Shown here: piece by piece, positions 41,880 through 56,254 of the stretch
Position numbering within the stretch: the first letter of the stretch is position 1
Layout: each line of letters starts with the position of its first letter
Source of the DNA: Octopus vulgaris
Lineage: Eukaryota
NCBI GenBank assembly: GCA_951406725.2
Contig: OX597828.1
Span: 35,836,001 to 35,900,000 of the forward strand
Direction: 5' to 3'
Length of the DNA stretch: 64,000 bases
Program-made: the position numbers and the translations under genes
The notes under the pieces: generated by a model
Databases searched by the model: none
What the model saw: only the letters and a program-made list of their open reading frames with translations
What the model was told of the DNA's origin: nothing

Positions 41880-42169
41880 TTTTAATCCATTCTTGTTGCT
41901 TTTTTCCTATATATATATATATATATATGATTATATATATATATATATATACGTATAGTTGTAAGTATGTACATATACGTATGTATATATGATTATATAT
42001 ATATATATATATATTATTTATATGATTTTATATATATATATATATATTACTTATATCTCTCTCTCTATATATATATATATATATGTACACACACACACAC
42101 ACACATATACACACGTCTTCTCACATTCAGTAACAGAGAGCAGTCACCATATTTCTTTCCATACCTGTC

Positions 42170-42241
42170 ATCTCTGAAGAGCATGTGTATTAGATATCTG
42201 CCCAGTTATTTAATATCCAGTGCAAAACTGATTGGTGAGAT
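42170..42241 (+). ncRNA. Decayed hammerhead motif, same family as 37641
   Basis: atct-CTGAAGA-gca...tgc-AAAA-ctgattgg-TG-agat. Confidence 0.55.
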
Positions 42242-42361
42242 CAGCTGCAATAAATTTGTAACATACCATATTTGGATTGATACATATCTATGTGTGTGTG
42301 TGTGTGTGTGTTGGTGCATGTGTGTATGTGTGTGTACCTCTGTGTAAATATATATCTATAT

Positions 42362-42400
<39 letters not shown>

Positions 42401-43791
42401 TATATATAATATATTTTCCATATAAAATTAGTGTACATTTAAGCACAGAAAGAGGTGATCCTTAACAGGACGCCTTACATGCTAGAAGGAGCAGTCAAAA
42501 CTTCCAAACCCACATTGAGAGCAATTTCGAAGGGAATAAAAAAATTTCTAAAATTTTGCTACCCTATATTATTTTAAGTATATATATATATATGTGTGTT
42601 TGTGCATGTGTGTATATGTATGAATATATATGTGCATGCATGTGTGTATATGTATGTACATATATGTGTGTGGATATGTGTGTGCTTATGTGTCTGTGTG
42701 TGTGTGTGTGTGTGTGAGATGTGTTGTATACATGTGAGTTTATGTACGTTCATTCATGCAGATATATTATCATTTATCTTTTCCATGGTCAAGAATGGGA
42801 GAAATGCAAAAACATGGACTTAAGACATTTGATGTATCTAGTTTTTCTGTCCTTCTGGAGTTTTATTTATTATTTGTTTCATCAAATATTTTCCCCAATT
42901 TCTGAAACTTAGAAACGACTTCTTTTTCAGACTTTATGGACACCCTCTGTGTGTGTGTATGTGCGTGTGTTTGTATGTGTGTTTGTATGTGCGTGGGCAT
43001 GTGGGTGTAAAATAAATGAAGAATGATGTTCCTGGTTTTAGATTTATTTCGTGATTTACAATTGTTTTGGCAATGTTTGAGTGACACCACATATAACATG
43101 TGTGAAGGCATGGATGACAACAATGGTATTGTCATATCAATCAGATAATACATATTACATATATATATATGTGTGTGTGTATGTGTGTGCATGAGTGTGT
43201 GTATGCACAGACACAAACACACATATATGCATACGTTACTAGTAATGCTAACAGAAAAAGCACTCAATATTCAGAAATAGAAAATAAATAACCTATTTCA
43301 TGCAGTCAACCAGAACTAAAATTAACAATTATTTCTTGTTCTGGCAAACTGAATCAAATTATACACACACACACACACACATACATGTTTACTGATATAT
43401 TCCATTCATATATATAATAAGAGTTGAAAATGCACCAAATTTACATATATATATACATAATTGAATAAAGTAAGTTTCATTTTTTAACATAAGTCGTAGT
43501 AAATATTTCTATTATATATCTGTGTGTATGAAAACACAAATACAAAACAATGTGTACGCATGAAAGTTCTACTGTAAAAAATATTAGTGTATATTTTAAC
43601 AAAGTAGTTTTAACACATAGAAAAATGTGAATCCCATTTTACTGAAAGGTTTTTGAATAAAAAATATGCTTTTTTGAATAAATTTCAGTGCATGTTTGAT
43701 AACAAATACATACTCACTTGTATAGGTTGTCCAAGAGTCTATAAGTCAGAAAACTAGGCATCTGCACATTTGTGAAGAGAGTGGATATATT

Positions 43792-44203
43792 CTTTTCTAC
43801 TCTAGGCCCAAGGCCCGAAATTTTGTGGGGAGGGGGCCAGTCGATTAGATAGACTCCAATATGCAACTGGTTTTTAATTGATCAACCCTGAAAGGATGAA
43901 AGGCAAAGTCGGCCTCAGCAGAATTTGAACTCAGAACACAAAGACAGACGAAACACTGCTAAGCATTTTGCCCAGCAGGCTAATGTTTCTGCCAGCTAGC
44001 CACCTTCAAAAGAATCTTTTCTACTCTAAGCATAAGGTCCAAAATTTTGGGGGAGGGGAGGCAGTCAATTTGATCAACCCCAGTACACAACTGGTACTTA
44101 ATTTATCGACTCTGAAAGGATGAAAGGCAAAGTCGACCTCGGCAGAATTTGAACTCAGAACATAAAGACAGATGAAATACCGCTAAGCATTTCGCCACCT
44201 TAC
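43792..44203 (-). mobile_element. Tandem pair of SINE family B inside one 14-bp TSD
   Basis: agagtggatatatt at 43778-43791 and 44204-44217. Confidence 0.85.
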
Positions 44204-44714
44204 AGAGTGGATATATTAACCAAAGTATGCAGTATTGTAGATTCAGGATTCGTAAATGCACACTTGCACACAAACACTCACATGCACAAACACACACACA
44301 CACACACACACATCAGCATAAGTTTTATCATCATTGTTTAATGTCTGCTTTCCATGCTAGCATGGGTTGGATGGTTTGACAGGAGCTGACCAGTCAGGGA
44401 GCTGTCCAGACTCCCACTGTCTGGTGTGGCATTGTTTCTACAGCTGGATGCCCTTCCTAATGCCAACCATGTCCCAGAGTGTGCTGGGCGCTCTTTACAT
44501 GTCACCAGTGCAGGTGCATTTACACAGAACCTGCATAAGCACAATTTATATGCCACTGTGTGGCACCTTGGGCAAATGTCTTCTTCTATAGCTCTAGCTG
44601 ACCTACGCTTTATGAGGAGTGAATTTCGTAGAAAAAATCTATATGGAAGCCCTCATACACATACATACAAATATATGTTCTGTATGTTTACATTTGTGTA
44701 TATATGTATGTGTA

Positions 44715-45018
44715 TATCTTTTATCTTTTACTTGTTTCAGTCATTAAACTGTAGTCATTTTTTTAAAAACCTGGTTCCTATTGTATTGGCCACTTTTGCC
44801 AAGCCACTAAGGGATGCTAACAGTAGAGGGGGACAAATGGACACAAACACACACACACGCCAGGCTTCTTTCAGTTTCTCTCTACTAAATCTACTCACAA
44901 GACTTTGGTCAGCCCAAGACTATAATAGTAGACATTTACCTAAGGTGCCACACAATGGAACTGAACCTGGAACTATGTGGTTGGGAAGCAAGCTTCTTAC
45001 CACACAGCTACACCTGCA

Positions 45019-45020
<2 letters not shown>
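44715..45020 (-). mobile_element. SINE family A, internally deleted
   Basis: Reverse-complement match to family A. Confidence 0.7.
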
Positions 45021-45058
<38 letters not shown>

Positions 45059-45087
45059 TATGCATATGTATATGCATATGTATATGC

Positions 45088-45140
<53 letters not shown>

Positions 45141-45779
45141 GTGCATTCATAAAGTATCCAACTTTATTTTTTCCCACCAAAACTAAGTGATTGGGGAGCT
45201 GCAATCATGACCATAAGGTTGAAGTTTCAATTCCTGGACAGGACATGTTGTCTTCTTTAGATAAAACATTTCATTTCGCATTACTCCAGTCCGCTCAGCT
45301 GGCAAAAATGAGTTAATCCTTATGAGCCATACACCCATCTTAACAATTATATAAATTCATTATACAACACATTTACGACCACAATCTCAAACAGCATGAG
45401 TGAACAGAACACTCTACAGGAGTGAACTTACATCTCTGCCATACAATGGCTGACTACATATTACATCAAAAAAGTCTCTAAACACCTGTTGATGGTTAAG
45501 TGATTCTAGAAATAATTACAAGACATGGGTGATATGAGAGAAGGTAAATACTGTTAGTTCATCCAATAAAGCATTAATAAGTGCTATTTTATCAGGTAAA
45601 TTTTTTTTTTCAGAACCTTTTTGATGTAATCAGTAAAGCAGTGATCCGGTATACACTGTGTATTTGATTTATTTCTCTCTTGGTTGTAGTTCTATTCAGT
45701 TTTGATGCCTTAGGCCATACATCCCTGAATGCATTGTGTAAGTTTGTTTATTATAAATGTGTGTATGCATGTGGATGAA

Positions 45780-45825
<46 letters not shown>

Positions 45826-45894
45826 TATATATTATATAGATAGATAGATAGATAGATAGATATAGATATATATATGCATATATGTGTGAGTGTT

Positions 45895-45928
<34 letters not shown>

Positions 45929-45961
45929 TACATACATACAAACAAACATATATATATAGAT

Positions 45962-46011
<50 letters not shown>

Positions 46012-46544
46012 GATAGATAGATAGATGTATTCTTGCATGTATGTATCCAGAATTCACAAAATATTTTAGAGCGATACTAAATATATATCAAATTTAATCC
46101 ATCATCATTTAACATCCATTTTCCGTGCTAGCTTAAGTTGGATGGCTTGACAGGAGTTGGCCAGTCAGAGAGCTGCATCTGGCTCCAGTTTCTTGTTTTG
46201 GCATGGTTTCTAAAGCTGGATGCCCTTGCAAATACCAACCAGATCACAGACTGAACAGAATGCTTCACATGTGACACCTGCACCAGTGCTTTTAGGTAGT
46301 ACCAGCGCAGGTGATTTTTAGATTCTTACATGGGACTGGTACAGGTGCTTTTAAAGTGGCACAAAATTTTTGCAATCTAACATACGATGGACCGAAGAAG
46401 ATATGTTCTAAATACAAGGTAGGAGTACACATGTAACAGTTATATAGTTATACATGAGAGAATTACAGGAGAATGTCTCTGATAAACATCTACACTATTC
46501 AACGATGTCTGTGTGTTGTCACAGTCTAAATACTGAAGCAAGAC

Positions 46545-46630
<86 letters not shown>

Positions 46631-46752
46631 CATACATACGTATATATATATACATATACATACAATATATATATATATATATATATACATATACATACAT
46701 ATATATATATATACATATACATACATATATATATATATATATACATACATAA

Positions 46753-47084
46753 AGGGGTAAAGACCCCCTTCGGTCATGAATGACCATGGGATTGCACCTA
46801 GAAAGTTACCATCCTAGACACAAGTCCGGGCAAGGTTGTTTATGGAAGACCAGCAGTCGCCCATGCATACCAGCCTCCCCTCTCCACGCCACCAGTGTTA
46901 TCCAAGGGAAAGACAAAGGTCGATACAGCTTGGCACCTGTGACGTCGCAACTCATTTCTACAGCTGAGTGAACTGGAGCAACGTGAAATAAAGCGCCTTG
47001 CTCAAGAACACAACACGCAGCCCGGTCCGGGATTCGAGCTCACAACCTCACGATCGTAAGCTCGACGCTCTAACCACTGAGCCA
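46753..47084 (-). mobile_element. tRNA-derived CORE-like SINE; related copies at 35097-35418 (-), 40819-41128 (+), 61875-62152 (+)
   Basis: Head tggctcagtggttagagcg..gagctcgaatccc, followed by ttcttgagcaaggcgctttatttcac. Confidence 0.8.
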
Positions 47085-47105
47085 TACATATATATATATA
47101 TATAT

Positions 47106-47161
<56 letters not shown>

Positions 47162-47345
47162 ACATACATATACACACACACGCACACATATATGTGTGTG
47201 TGTATAAGACACAAAATATACACTACCTGCTCCCCCTACGTTGGATTGAGTCCTTCTGTAACCAGCTCTTTTTGTATGTATGATACTAGTTGACGGTTTT
47301 ATAGCCGTTATTTCAACATGTATTTCTAATCGGTATATCTTTACT

Positions 47346-47430
47346 ACCTCTGAAGAGATTCATCTTGTAATGATTTTAATTTTATAAATTAATTATCTAA
47401 AGATTTCTGAATCGAAACAGCTGTCAGAGA
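47346..47430 (+). ncRNA. Hammerhead motif with intact core, long stem II and weak stem I
   Basis: CTGAAGA 47350-47356; gattca...tgaatc; GAAA 47414-47417; palindrome cagctg; GUC triplet; stem I only ct/ag. Confidence 0.7.
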
Positions 47431-47488
47431 TGTTGTCACATTTTATAATTAATAATTCTATTAAATACCTCTCCATTTTCTCCTTATT

Positions 47489-47560
<72 letters not shown>

Positions 47561-48036
47561 ATATATCAGTAGGAAAAATATTCAGAATTGAATATTTATA
47601 TAGATATTAATATTGTTATTATTATCAAAGTCAATACAAATAGTCTACAATAACAACTACATTACATTAATATAGGTGGTTGCAGGCCTAAATCAATGTT
47701 ATGTAGCTATAGAATTGAAATCATATTAATCAAAGGACACATTGAAGTGTCTACTCACTAGAAATAAGAGTTAAAACCTTCATTTGAACCACCAAAACTT
47801 ACACTGAAAATAACAGATACAACAGTATATGGGCAAGCGAACTGAAAAAGATTTCTCATATTCCATCATAGCATAAGGCAATATATTTAATGCATTTAAG
47901 GATTCCAGCAGATTTCAACATGGTGGACTGTGAAGATGTTTCTAAGGGTTAAGATGTGCTGAGGAAGGTAAAAACTTTGTGTCAAACCAGAAACCAGTCC
48001 CCATATATACCTATTCTATGAAATATACATCTTTAA

Positions 48037-48268
48037 GGCAGTGAGCTGGCAGAATCATTAGCACGCCAGGCAAAATTCTTAGCGGTATTTCGCCTGCTGC
48101 TATGTTCTGAGTTCAAATTCCACCGAGGTTGACTTTGCCTTTCATCCTTCCGGGGAGTCAATTAAACAAGTACCAGTTACGCACTGGGGTCGATGTAATC
48201 AACTTAATCCCTTTGTCTGTCCTTGTTTGTCCCCTCTATGTTCAGCCCCTGTGGGCAATAAAGAAATA
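48037..48268 (+). mobile_element. SINE family B; others at 21628-21840 (+), 26522-26735 (+), 55340-55554 (-)
   Basis: Match to family B. Confidence 0.85.
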
Positions 48269-48711
48269 ATTAACAATACATCTTCATGTGTGTGTGCGTG
48301 TGTGTGTGTATTTATATGTATCTTTTATTTGTTTCAGTGATTAGACTGGAGCAATGGTGAGGCACGGCCTTCAAAGAATTTCCGCCAAACAAACCGACCC
48401 CAAAACTTGTTTTTTTTTTAAACCTGGTACATATTCTATCGGTCTCTTTTGTTGAATCACTAATTTATGAGGACATAAACACACAAACACCAGTTGTCAA
48501 GTGGTGGTAGGAGACAAACACAGACACAGACACACACACACGCACGCACGCACACACACACACGTATATTTATGTATTTGTATAAAATACCAAAGGCAGC
48601 TATATTCAGTATAAAGCCAAAAAGGAAAAATTCAGTTGTCATTAATCGTGACTGATAGTGCAAGGAAGCACCTACCCTGCACCATTAGTCACAATTAGTG
48701 ACAATTGAAAG

Positions 48712-48746
<35 letters not shown>

Positions 48747-48786
48747 TTATATACATACATATATACATACATATATACGTACATAT

Positions 48787-48829
<43 letters not shown>

Positions 48830-49035
48830 TGATAATGGTGTCATTGAGACCCAAAGGTGTCAGCTAATGCTGAATAAGTGCTATAGACAGACCATAGTTA
48901 AGTTCCAGATTCGTTAATATTGCAAATAAAGTGTTCAACGTTGGTTCTATGTTAGCGTGTGTATATATGAATTTTTTGCGTAATGAGATAAAAAAACCCA
49001 AGGCTGTATAGATATTAGAGCATTTATAGATAGAA

Positions 49036-49084
49036 GGTCTTACAGCTGTTTCTAGAATATTAATTAATAATAATATCCCTCTCT
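49036..49084 (-). ncRNA. 5'-truncated hammerhead remnant
   Basis: Minus strand: ga-gggatatt...aatattcta-GAAA-cagctg-TA-agacc; the CUGA part is missing. Confidence 0.45.
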
Positions 49085-49812
49085 ATTTGTATTACATTGA
49101 AAATAACTATGACTTAATTTTTCCTCTCACACTGTCTACTTGGTTTTTTTTATCTCATTACTCAAAAAAATTCATATATATATATATATATATATATATA
49201 AATCTATGACATGTCACTCTCTAATTCTGGACCGAATGTATGGGAGGGATAGGATGAAATGGTGGGAAAAGATCTTCAGATGTTGTGCCTCATAAAGGGA
49301 CTGAAACTTCTGCTAGTTTGCTCTGCTTGAGAAAGTATGACAAGCTATAGTAAAATCATGGCTGTCCATGTGTACAGCATGTCCTTTAGATCCCTCTCTC
49401 AGATGAGAGTTCCCAGTCTTGTGGGCTCGTGAGTGCTGGTGCCTCATATCCATGTACCTATGTACCCATGTTTGTGCCACAAAAAGCATCCATGCTGGTG
49501 CCACATAAAAACACTTGTGCCAGTTCCACATAAAAGTATGTGGTATATTCTGCAAAGTAGTTGGTGATAAGAAGGGCAGGCATCCAACCCTAGAAACCAT
49601 GCCAAACAGACAAATGGACATCTTCTAGTTCCCATCTACCAAATCCACTCACAAGGTTTTGATCAGCCTGAGGCTATAGTAAAAGACACTTACCCAGGGT
49701 GGCACACAGTGGGACTGAACCCAGAGCCATGTGGTTGGGAAGCAAACTTACCATGCAGCAATGCTGTGCCTATGTGTGCATATATGTATGTATAAATATG
49801 TGTGTGTGTATA

Positions 49813-49877
<65 letters not shown>

Positions 49878-50053
49878 ATAATAAATATTAGGGAATAAAT
49901 CCAAATTTACAGGGAAAAATCAGATTTAGGATTAAATCCAATTTTATAGTAAAATATTATATAATATAATTCAAGACAAAACCACTATTTTGCAAAACAA
50001 ACAAGGAAAGACTTAATCAATACATAAAAATGTTAATATAAAGAAATAAACCG

Positions 50054-50096
50054 CCACTACAATCGTTTCATGTCTTCAATGACATTCGTCAGGTGG
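50054..50096 (-). ncRNA. Inverted twin of the 50165 hammerhead motif
   Basis: Reverse complement of 50165-50207, in the other arm of the foldback. Confidence 0.85.
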
Positions 50097-50164
50097 ATTT
50101 TCGATCTCCTAATCTGTTTTAATTTATGAAGTCATAAATTAAAACAGATTAGGAGATCAAAAAT

Positions 50165-50207
50165 CCACCTGACGAATGTCATTGAAGACATGAAACGATT
50201 GTAGTGG
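50165..50207 (+). ncRNA. Minimal type-I hammerhead ribozyme motif, intact core
   Basis: ccac-CTGACGA-atgtc(attgaa)gacat-GAAA-cgattg-TA-gtgg. Confidence 0.85.
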
Positions 50208-50292
50208 CGGTTTATTTCTTTATATTAAAATTTTTATGTATTGATTAAGTCTTTCCTTGTTTGTTTTGCAAAATAGTGGTTTTGTCTCGAAT

Positions 50293-50594
<302 letters not shown>

Positions 50595-50984
50595 GGGAGT
50601 AGGGCTCCAAACTTACAGGGAAAAATTAGAATTAGGATTAAATCAAATTTCACAGTATAAATATATAAAATATGAATTAGAGATAAAACCACTATTAGGC
50701 AACTCAAACAGTGATAAAATTATAAATTTTATATGTTCCACTTGTTCAATCAACAGAACTTATTCATTGTATTAACATATAAATAAATGACAGAATATTC
50801 CAGCAACCAACATTTGCTGTAATCCATAAAATAATGCTGAACTCGAATCAATGAGGCACAACAATGTAACAATGCTAGGTGTTCAAATCACAACTAAAGC
50901 CCTGTGTACTCATAAACTGCTCTTATATAAAAATAATTGTAATACATATAAATTTTCTCACGCAAACCTGTTTCATGAATATCT

Positions 50985-51003
50985 TTTATTATTATTATTA
51001 CTA

Positions 51004-51041
<38 letters not shown>

Positions 51042-51068
51042 GTTATGATGATTATTATTATGATGATG

Positions 51069-51125
<57 letters not shown>

Positions 51126-51152
51126 GTTATGATGATTATTATTATGATGATG

Positions 51153-51200
<48 letters not shown>
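50985..51200. repeat. (ATT)n tract with an internal duplicated block; other (AAT)n tracts at 1788-1960 and 54586-56270
   Basis: Direct inspection. Confidence 0.95.
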
Positions 51201-51746
51201 TTTTTACATGGTGTGTCACACAGATTCCATCATATAAAATGAGTTTATTTCTTTAAATACTCTCATACAATTTGCATAGTATATTTCGTATGGCTGTGTA
51301 AGCACAGGTGTGGCATGTCTGTATGGTCGCAGGTGCAGGTATGTCTGTATGGTTGAGAACCTTGCTTGCCAACTAAGTGGGCTCAGGTTCAGTTCCACTG
51401 CATGGCACCTTCGGCAAGTGTCTTCTACTAATAGCCCTAAGCCGACCAAAACCTTTTGAGTGGATTTGATAGATGGAAACTGAAAGAAGCCCATTGTAAA
51501 AAACATACAGTACACCCTGTAAGGTGGTTAGTGTTTGGAAGAGCATCCATCCAACCACAGAAAGCTTTCCAAAGCCAACACAGGAGCTCAGCATAGCACT
51601 GCAGCTTGATGGATCCTGTTAAACCACCAAACTCATACCAGTGGTGACAACAGACATTCAACTATGGTGATTCTATATAAATATATATATATATATATAT
51701 AAGTATACATTACCCGAAATGTACAGTATTATATATCCATCATGGG

Positions 51747-51832
51747 TGATTTTACCAATCAGTTTCACGCTAGAAATACAATGGAGTGTTAGGTAACAAT
51801 CCAATTATATAACCTTATGCTCATCAGGGTTA
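51747..51832 (-). ncRNA. Decayed hammerhead motif, same family as 37641
   Basis: Minus strand: CTGATGA-gcat...gcgt-GAAA-ctgattgg-TA-aaatc; core intact, stems I and II eroded. Confidence 0.55.
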
Positions 51833-53283
51833 GCTGATATGGAAGGAAATATAGTGACTGCTCTCTATTAAGTATATAAGCATATATACATATGTGTGTG
51901 TGTGTGTGTTTGTGTATACATATAACACCACTACACATACCACATACCCCATCCCCACAGGAGCATCACATTAATAATATACACTTTCCCCACTGCAAGA
52001 TAACTCTTACCAGTTTCACAGCATACTCAACCAAGGGACATAACTCTTAAACTAATCCCCTGGCCCCTTTTGCATTTCACCACCTTTTTCATAGCAGCCA
52101 CTGATTGGTTGTGCTAATCAACCTCCAACAATAATGCTTGTGTTGTTAAATGGTGCTTCACCCAGGGAAGGTCCTCTGAAAGACAGAGGCTTACAAAATA
52201 AAGTATACCTCTAAACCAGTTGAAACTATTCACCACAGAAGTGAATGGGAACGACAGGTATCGATACTTTGTAGTTATTTCATAGATGCATGTGTGGATG
52301 TGTGTGTATGTGTGTGTGCACACACATGTTCATGCATGAGATTGTGTGCGTGCATGTGTTTGTGTGTGTGTGTGTGTGTATGACAATGATGATATAAATA
52401 TATGTGCGGATATAGTGGAGATTACGATAGCCTGTCCATTTATTTGGCATTTGGAAGAGCATCCAGCCATAGAAACCTTGCCAAAACAGACATGGAGTTT
52501 GAACAGCCCTTCAGATGGTCAGCTTCTGTCAAACTGTCCAACCCATGCCAGCATGGAAAACGGACGTTAAATGATGATGATGATGATGATGATATGGTTC
52601 AAACCTACAAAATATGAGACAGTTACAGGTGAGGCGACAACAAACAAGGTGTATTAGTTTGACTCTATGGAAGAATGGAAGAAGTCTTTGATGTTTTGAG
52701 CCATCAATGGACTTCTTTCAGTTCCTGACAACCAATCCCCATTTAGAATTCTTAAACTGCTTCGGCCCACAGTTATGGTAGAAGACATTTGCTCATGGTA
52801 CCATGCCATGTAGTGGGAGTGAACCTGAAGCGATGTGTTTGGAAAGGATGTTTCTTAACCATAGACACACACACACATGTGTGTGAGTGTGTTGGCCTGT
52901 GTATATGAATAATCTACAGGTGTTCAAAGTGAAGATCATGCACATGAATCTGGGAGGGTCTACAAGTCTGGGATTTCCTACAAAAGGTCTTAAGTATTCT
53001 GACAAACCAATAATAGAAATCCTTTGATTGATTCAATGCAAACACTGAAGGCTTCATATAAATTCCAAACTAACCAAGCGTCATACACACATACACATGC
53101 ACATCTACAGTCACATATTAAGTCTTATACATTCACTTACACATTTACATATACATCATTCAAGCATACGTACCCACACATACATTCACATGCATTCATA
53201 CTTACACATTTATATATATATATATATTTAGTCATATACCTATTCACACACACATCCATCTTCACAGTTTCCTAAGTAGTAAC

Positions 53284-53319
<36 letters not shown>

Positions 53320-53657
53320 ACACACACACACACAATACTGCTTAGTAACCTATAGGTAGAAGCTATATTTGGATAATTACACATTCCTTTCCTTCTTTTT
53401 TCCTTTCTTCCCTACTTCACCCTTCCTTTCTTTCTTTCTTTCTTTCTTACTTTTGTCATTTCTTATTTCCTTCTTTTAATTCTTTCTTTCCTAAATTCTT
53501 TCTTTCACCTTTTTTTTCTTCCTTCTCATATATTTTCTTTCATACTCTGCTTTTTCCTTTCCTTTCCTTCCTTCCTTCCTTACCTTTTTACATTTCTCTC
53601 TATTGTTTCAAAACTGGTGCCACTACTTTGCTGTTTACATTTCCTAACTCTCACCCC

Positions 53658-53769
<112 letters not shown>

Positions 53770-53935
53770 CTATATATGTATACATATATACATATATATA
53801 TATATATATGTATACATATATACATATATATGTATGTATATGTTTGTATATGTATATATATACACTTACATACATCACACACACAAACACACTCACAGAG
53901 ACATATATATATATACACACACACACACATACACA

Positions 53936-53984
<49 letters not shown>

Positions 53985-54628
53985 AACCTAATTTAGATTA
54001 TTCAGTCATCTCAACAACAACAACAACACCAAAGACAATCAAGACCCAAACCCAACCCCCTTCAGCTAAAAACCAACCTTTCCACTGACACAGAATATTT
54101 CAACCCTGCTTTCTCCTACCCCACCCACCTCGCCACCCATTCAAACACAAGAATTTCCTTTTTTGGGATTCATTTTTTTTTTGTTGTATTTTTTGTTTTT
54201 AGTTTTCATAATTTGCCTTTGCTTTACTTATATAATTACCTTCTGTTTATTTTATCTATTTATTTTTTGACCTCTTATTTGTGTCAGTCATCAGACTGTG
54301 GCCATGCTAGGGCATTGCTTTCAATGGTTTAACCACACGAATCAATCTCAGTACTTATTTTGAGTCTGATATATATTTTGTTGGTCCCTGCTAAGTCTTG
54401 TGGATGTAAACAAACCAACACCGGTTGTCAAGCTGTGATGGGGCGACAAACACAACACAAACACACATATACACAAAAATCCATATGCCCCCTCCACCCA
54501 CCCCCATATATTTGGCAGAATTTGAACTCAGAACAAAAAAGAGCCAAAACAAATACTACTCTTATGAGTTTACCAAGCTACTGCGATAATAATAATAATA
54601 ATAATAATAAATGATAATAATAATAATG

Positions 54629-54670
<42 letters not shown>

Positions 54671-54671
<1 letters not shown>

Positions 54672-55240
54672 GCTGCCCAATCCTGGCTATGAAGGAATAT
54701 ATTCACAGACATGACAGAGTTGGAACCTATATACACTAGAAGATGTGCCAACACTATGGAATAACAACAAAAAAAAAGATAGTATAGGCACACCTCAGGA
54801 AAGGTCATAGAAAATAAGAAAGTAAACATACTCTGGGATATGTCAATACACACTGATAGAGAAATTAAAGCCAATAGGTCGGATATAGTTGTCAGAGACC
54901 ACCAAGAAAAAATGCTTTCTAATCGATTTATCAATATCAACAGATCTGGAAATAGAGGTAACTCGAATGTGGAGCCTAAAAACAGAAACAATTCCTATCA
55001 TAGTAGGTGCATTAGGTATGATAAAAATATATTCAGACAAATACATAACAAAAACACCAGGACTTACAAGTAAATATAGCATACAAAAAATAGCACTACT
55101 AGGCACCACATGCATCCTACGTAAAACACTTTCAAAATAGTAAAAAGAGCACCACAGCAAACCACAGCACATACCTAAGGCACACAGAGCTGCGCTTGGT
55201 AATGCAGCGAAAGCATGGGATAAAAATAAGACTACTGACT
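54671..55240 (+). mobile_element. R4/Dong-like non-LTR retrotransposon 3' remnant (restriction-like endonuclease region) inside (TAA)n
   Basis: ILWDMSIHTDREIKANRSDIVV..CFLID..DLEIEVTRMWSLKTETIPIIVGALG; (AAT)n tracts on both flanks. Confidence 0.8.
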
Positions 55241-55268
55241 AACAATAATAATAATAATAATAATAATG

Positions 55269-55303
<35 letters not shown>

Positions 55304-55553
55304 TAGAAGAAGAAGAAGAATCATAATAATAATAATAATCCTTTCTATTATAAGCACAAGGCCTGGGATTTGAGGGGAGGGGGATATACTCGATTATTTG
55401 GATCTCAGTACTTCACTGGTGCCTAATTTATTGACCCTGAAAGGATAAAAGGGAAAGTCGGTCTTGGCAGAATTTGAACTCAGAACACGAAGATAGACGA
55501 ATTACTGGTAAGCATTTTGCCCGGCATGCTAACAATTCTGCCAGCTCGCCACC

Positions 55554-55598
<45 letters not shown>

Positions 55599-55601
55599 GT
55601 A

Positions 55602-55644
<43 letters not shown>

Positions 55645-55645
<1 letters not shown>

Positions 55646-56169
55646 CTCGTGGCTTCTGATCTTAACTGATTTGAAGTGTTAACATGTACATTGCTTTGAC
55701 TTGGGATGAAAGATGGGCTTCAGCAAATATTCTGCTTAGTACCACAAATTTGCTTGTCAGTTGTTTGACCATAACTAGTTGAGCATGTCCCTTAGTGGCT
55801 GATATGTGCATCTCTGATCACAAGCAGAAGTAGTGGAGGAGCATCATAGCCATGTGTCGAGAGGGATTCTTTGGGGTTTGAATAATTCACCTCTGGAAAC
55901 ATGAGTGTTTCGTTCAACATCCTTAAACAACCCTTATTTAGGGACCTTTTGAGTGGGATGGGTTACTCAACCTGAAGAAAATTACAACTGGGCCCCACCT
56001 GCAAGGTCATGTGCTGTTTATCTTGATACAAGATCACTATGTCATGCACATATGGTTGTGATGCATGTGCCTGGTGTACCCTTACCAGACGGGTAGTCAT
56101 GATGGGTATACTGGACTCCGTATATTTTACCCCAGTGTCACTTTGATGGCATGCACTGCTCTCTCACTC
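55645..56169 (+). mobile_element. Second copy of the (AAT)n-bounded element
   Basis: Colinear with about 1318-1787; (AAT)n on both sides. Confidence 0.75.

Positions 56170-56254
<85 letters not shown>

Noticed and set aside
46486-46520. Hammerhead at CTGATAA-acatc...gatgt
   Set aside because: No GAAA or stem III after the hairpin.
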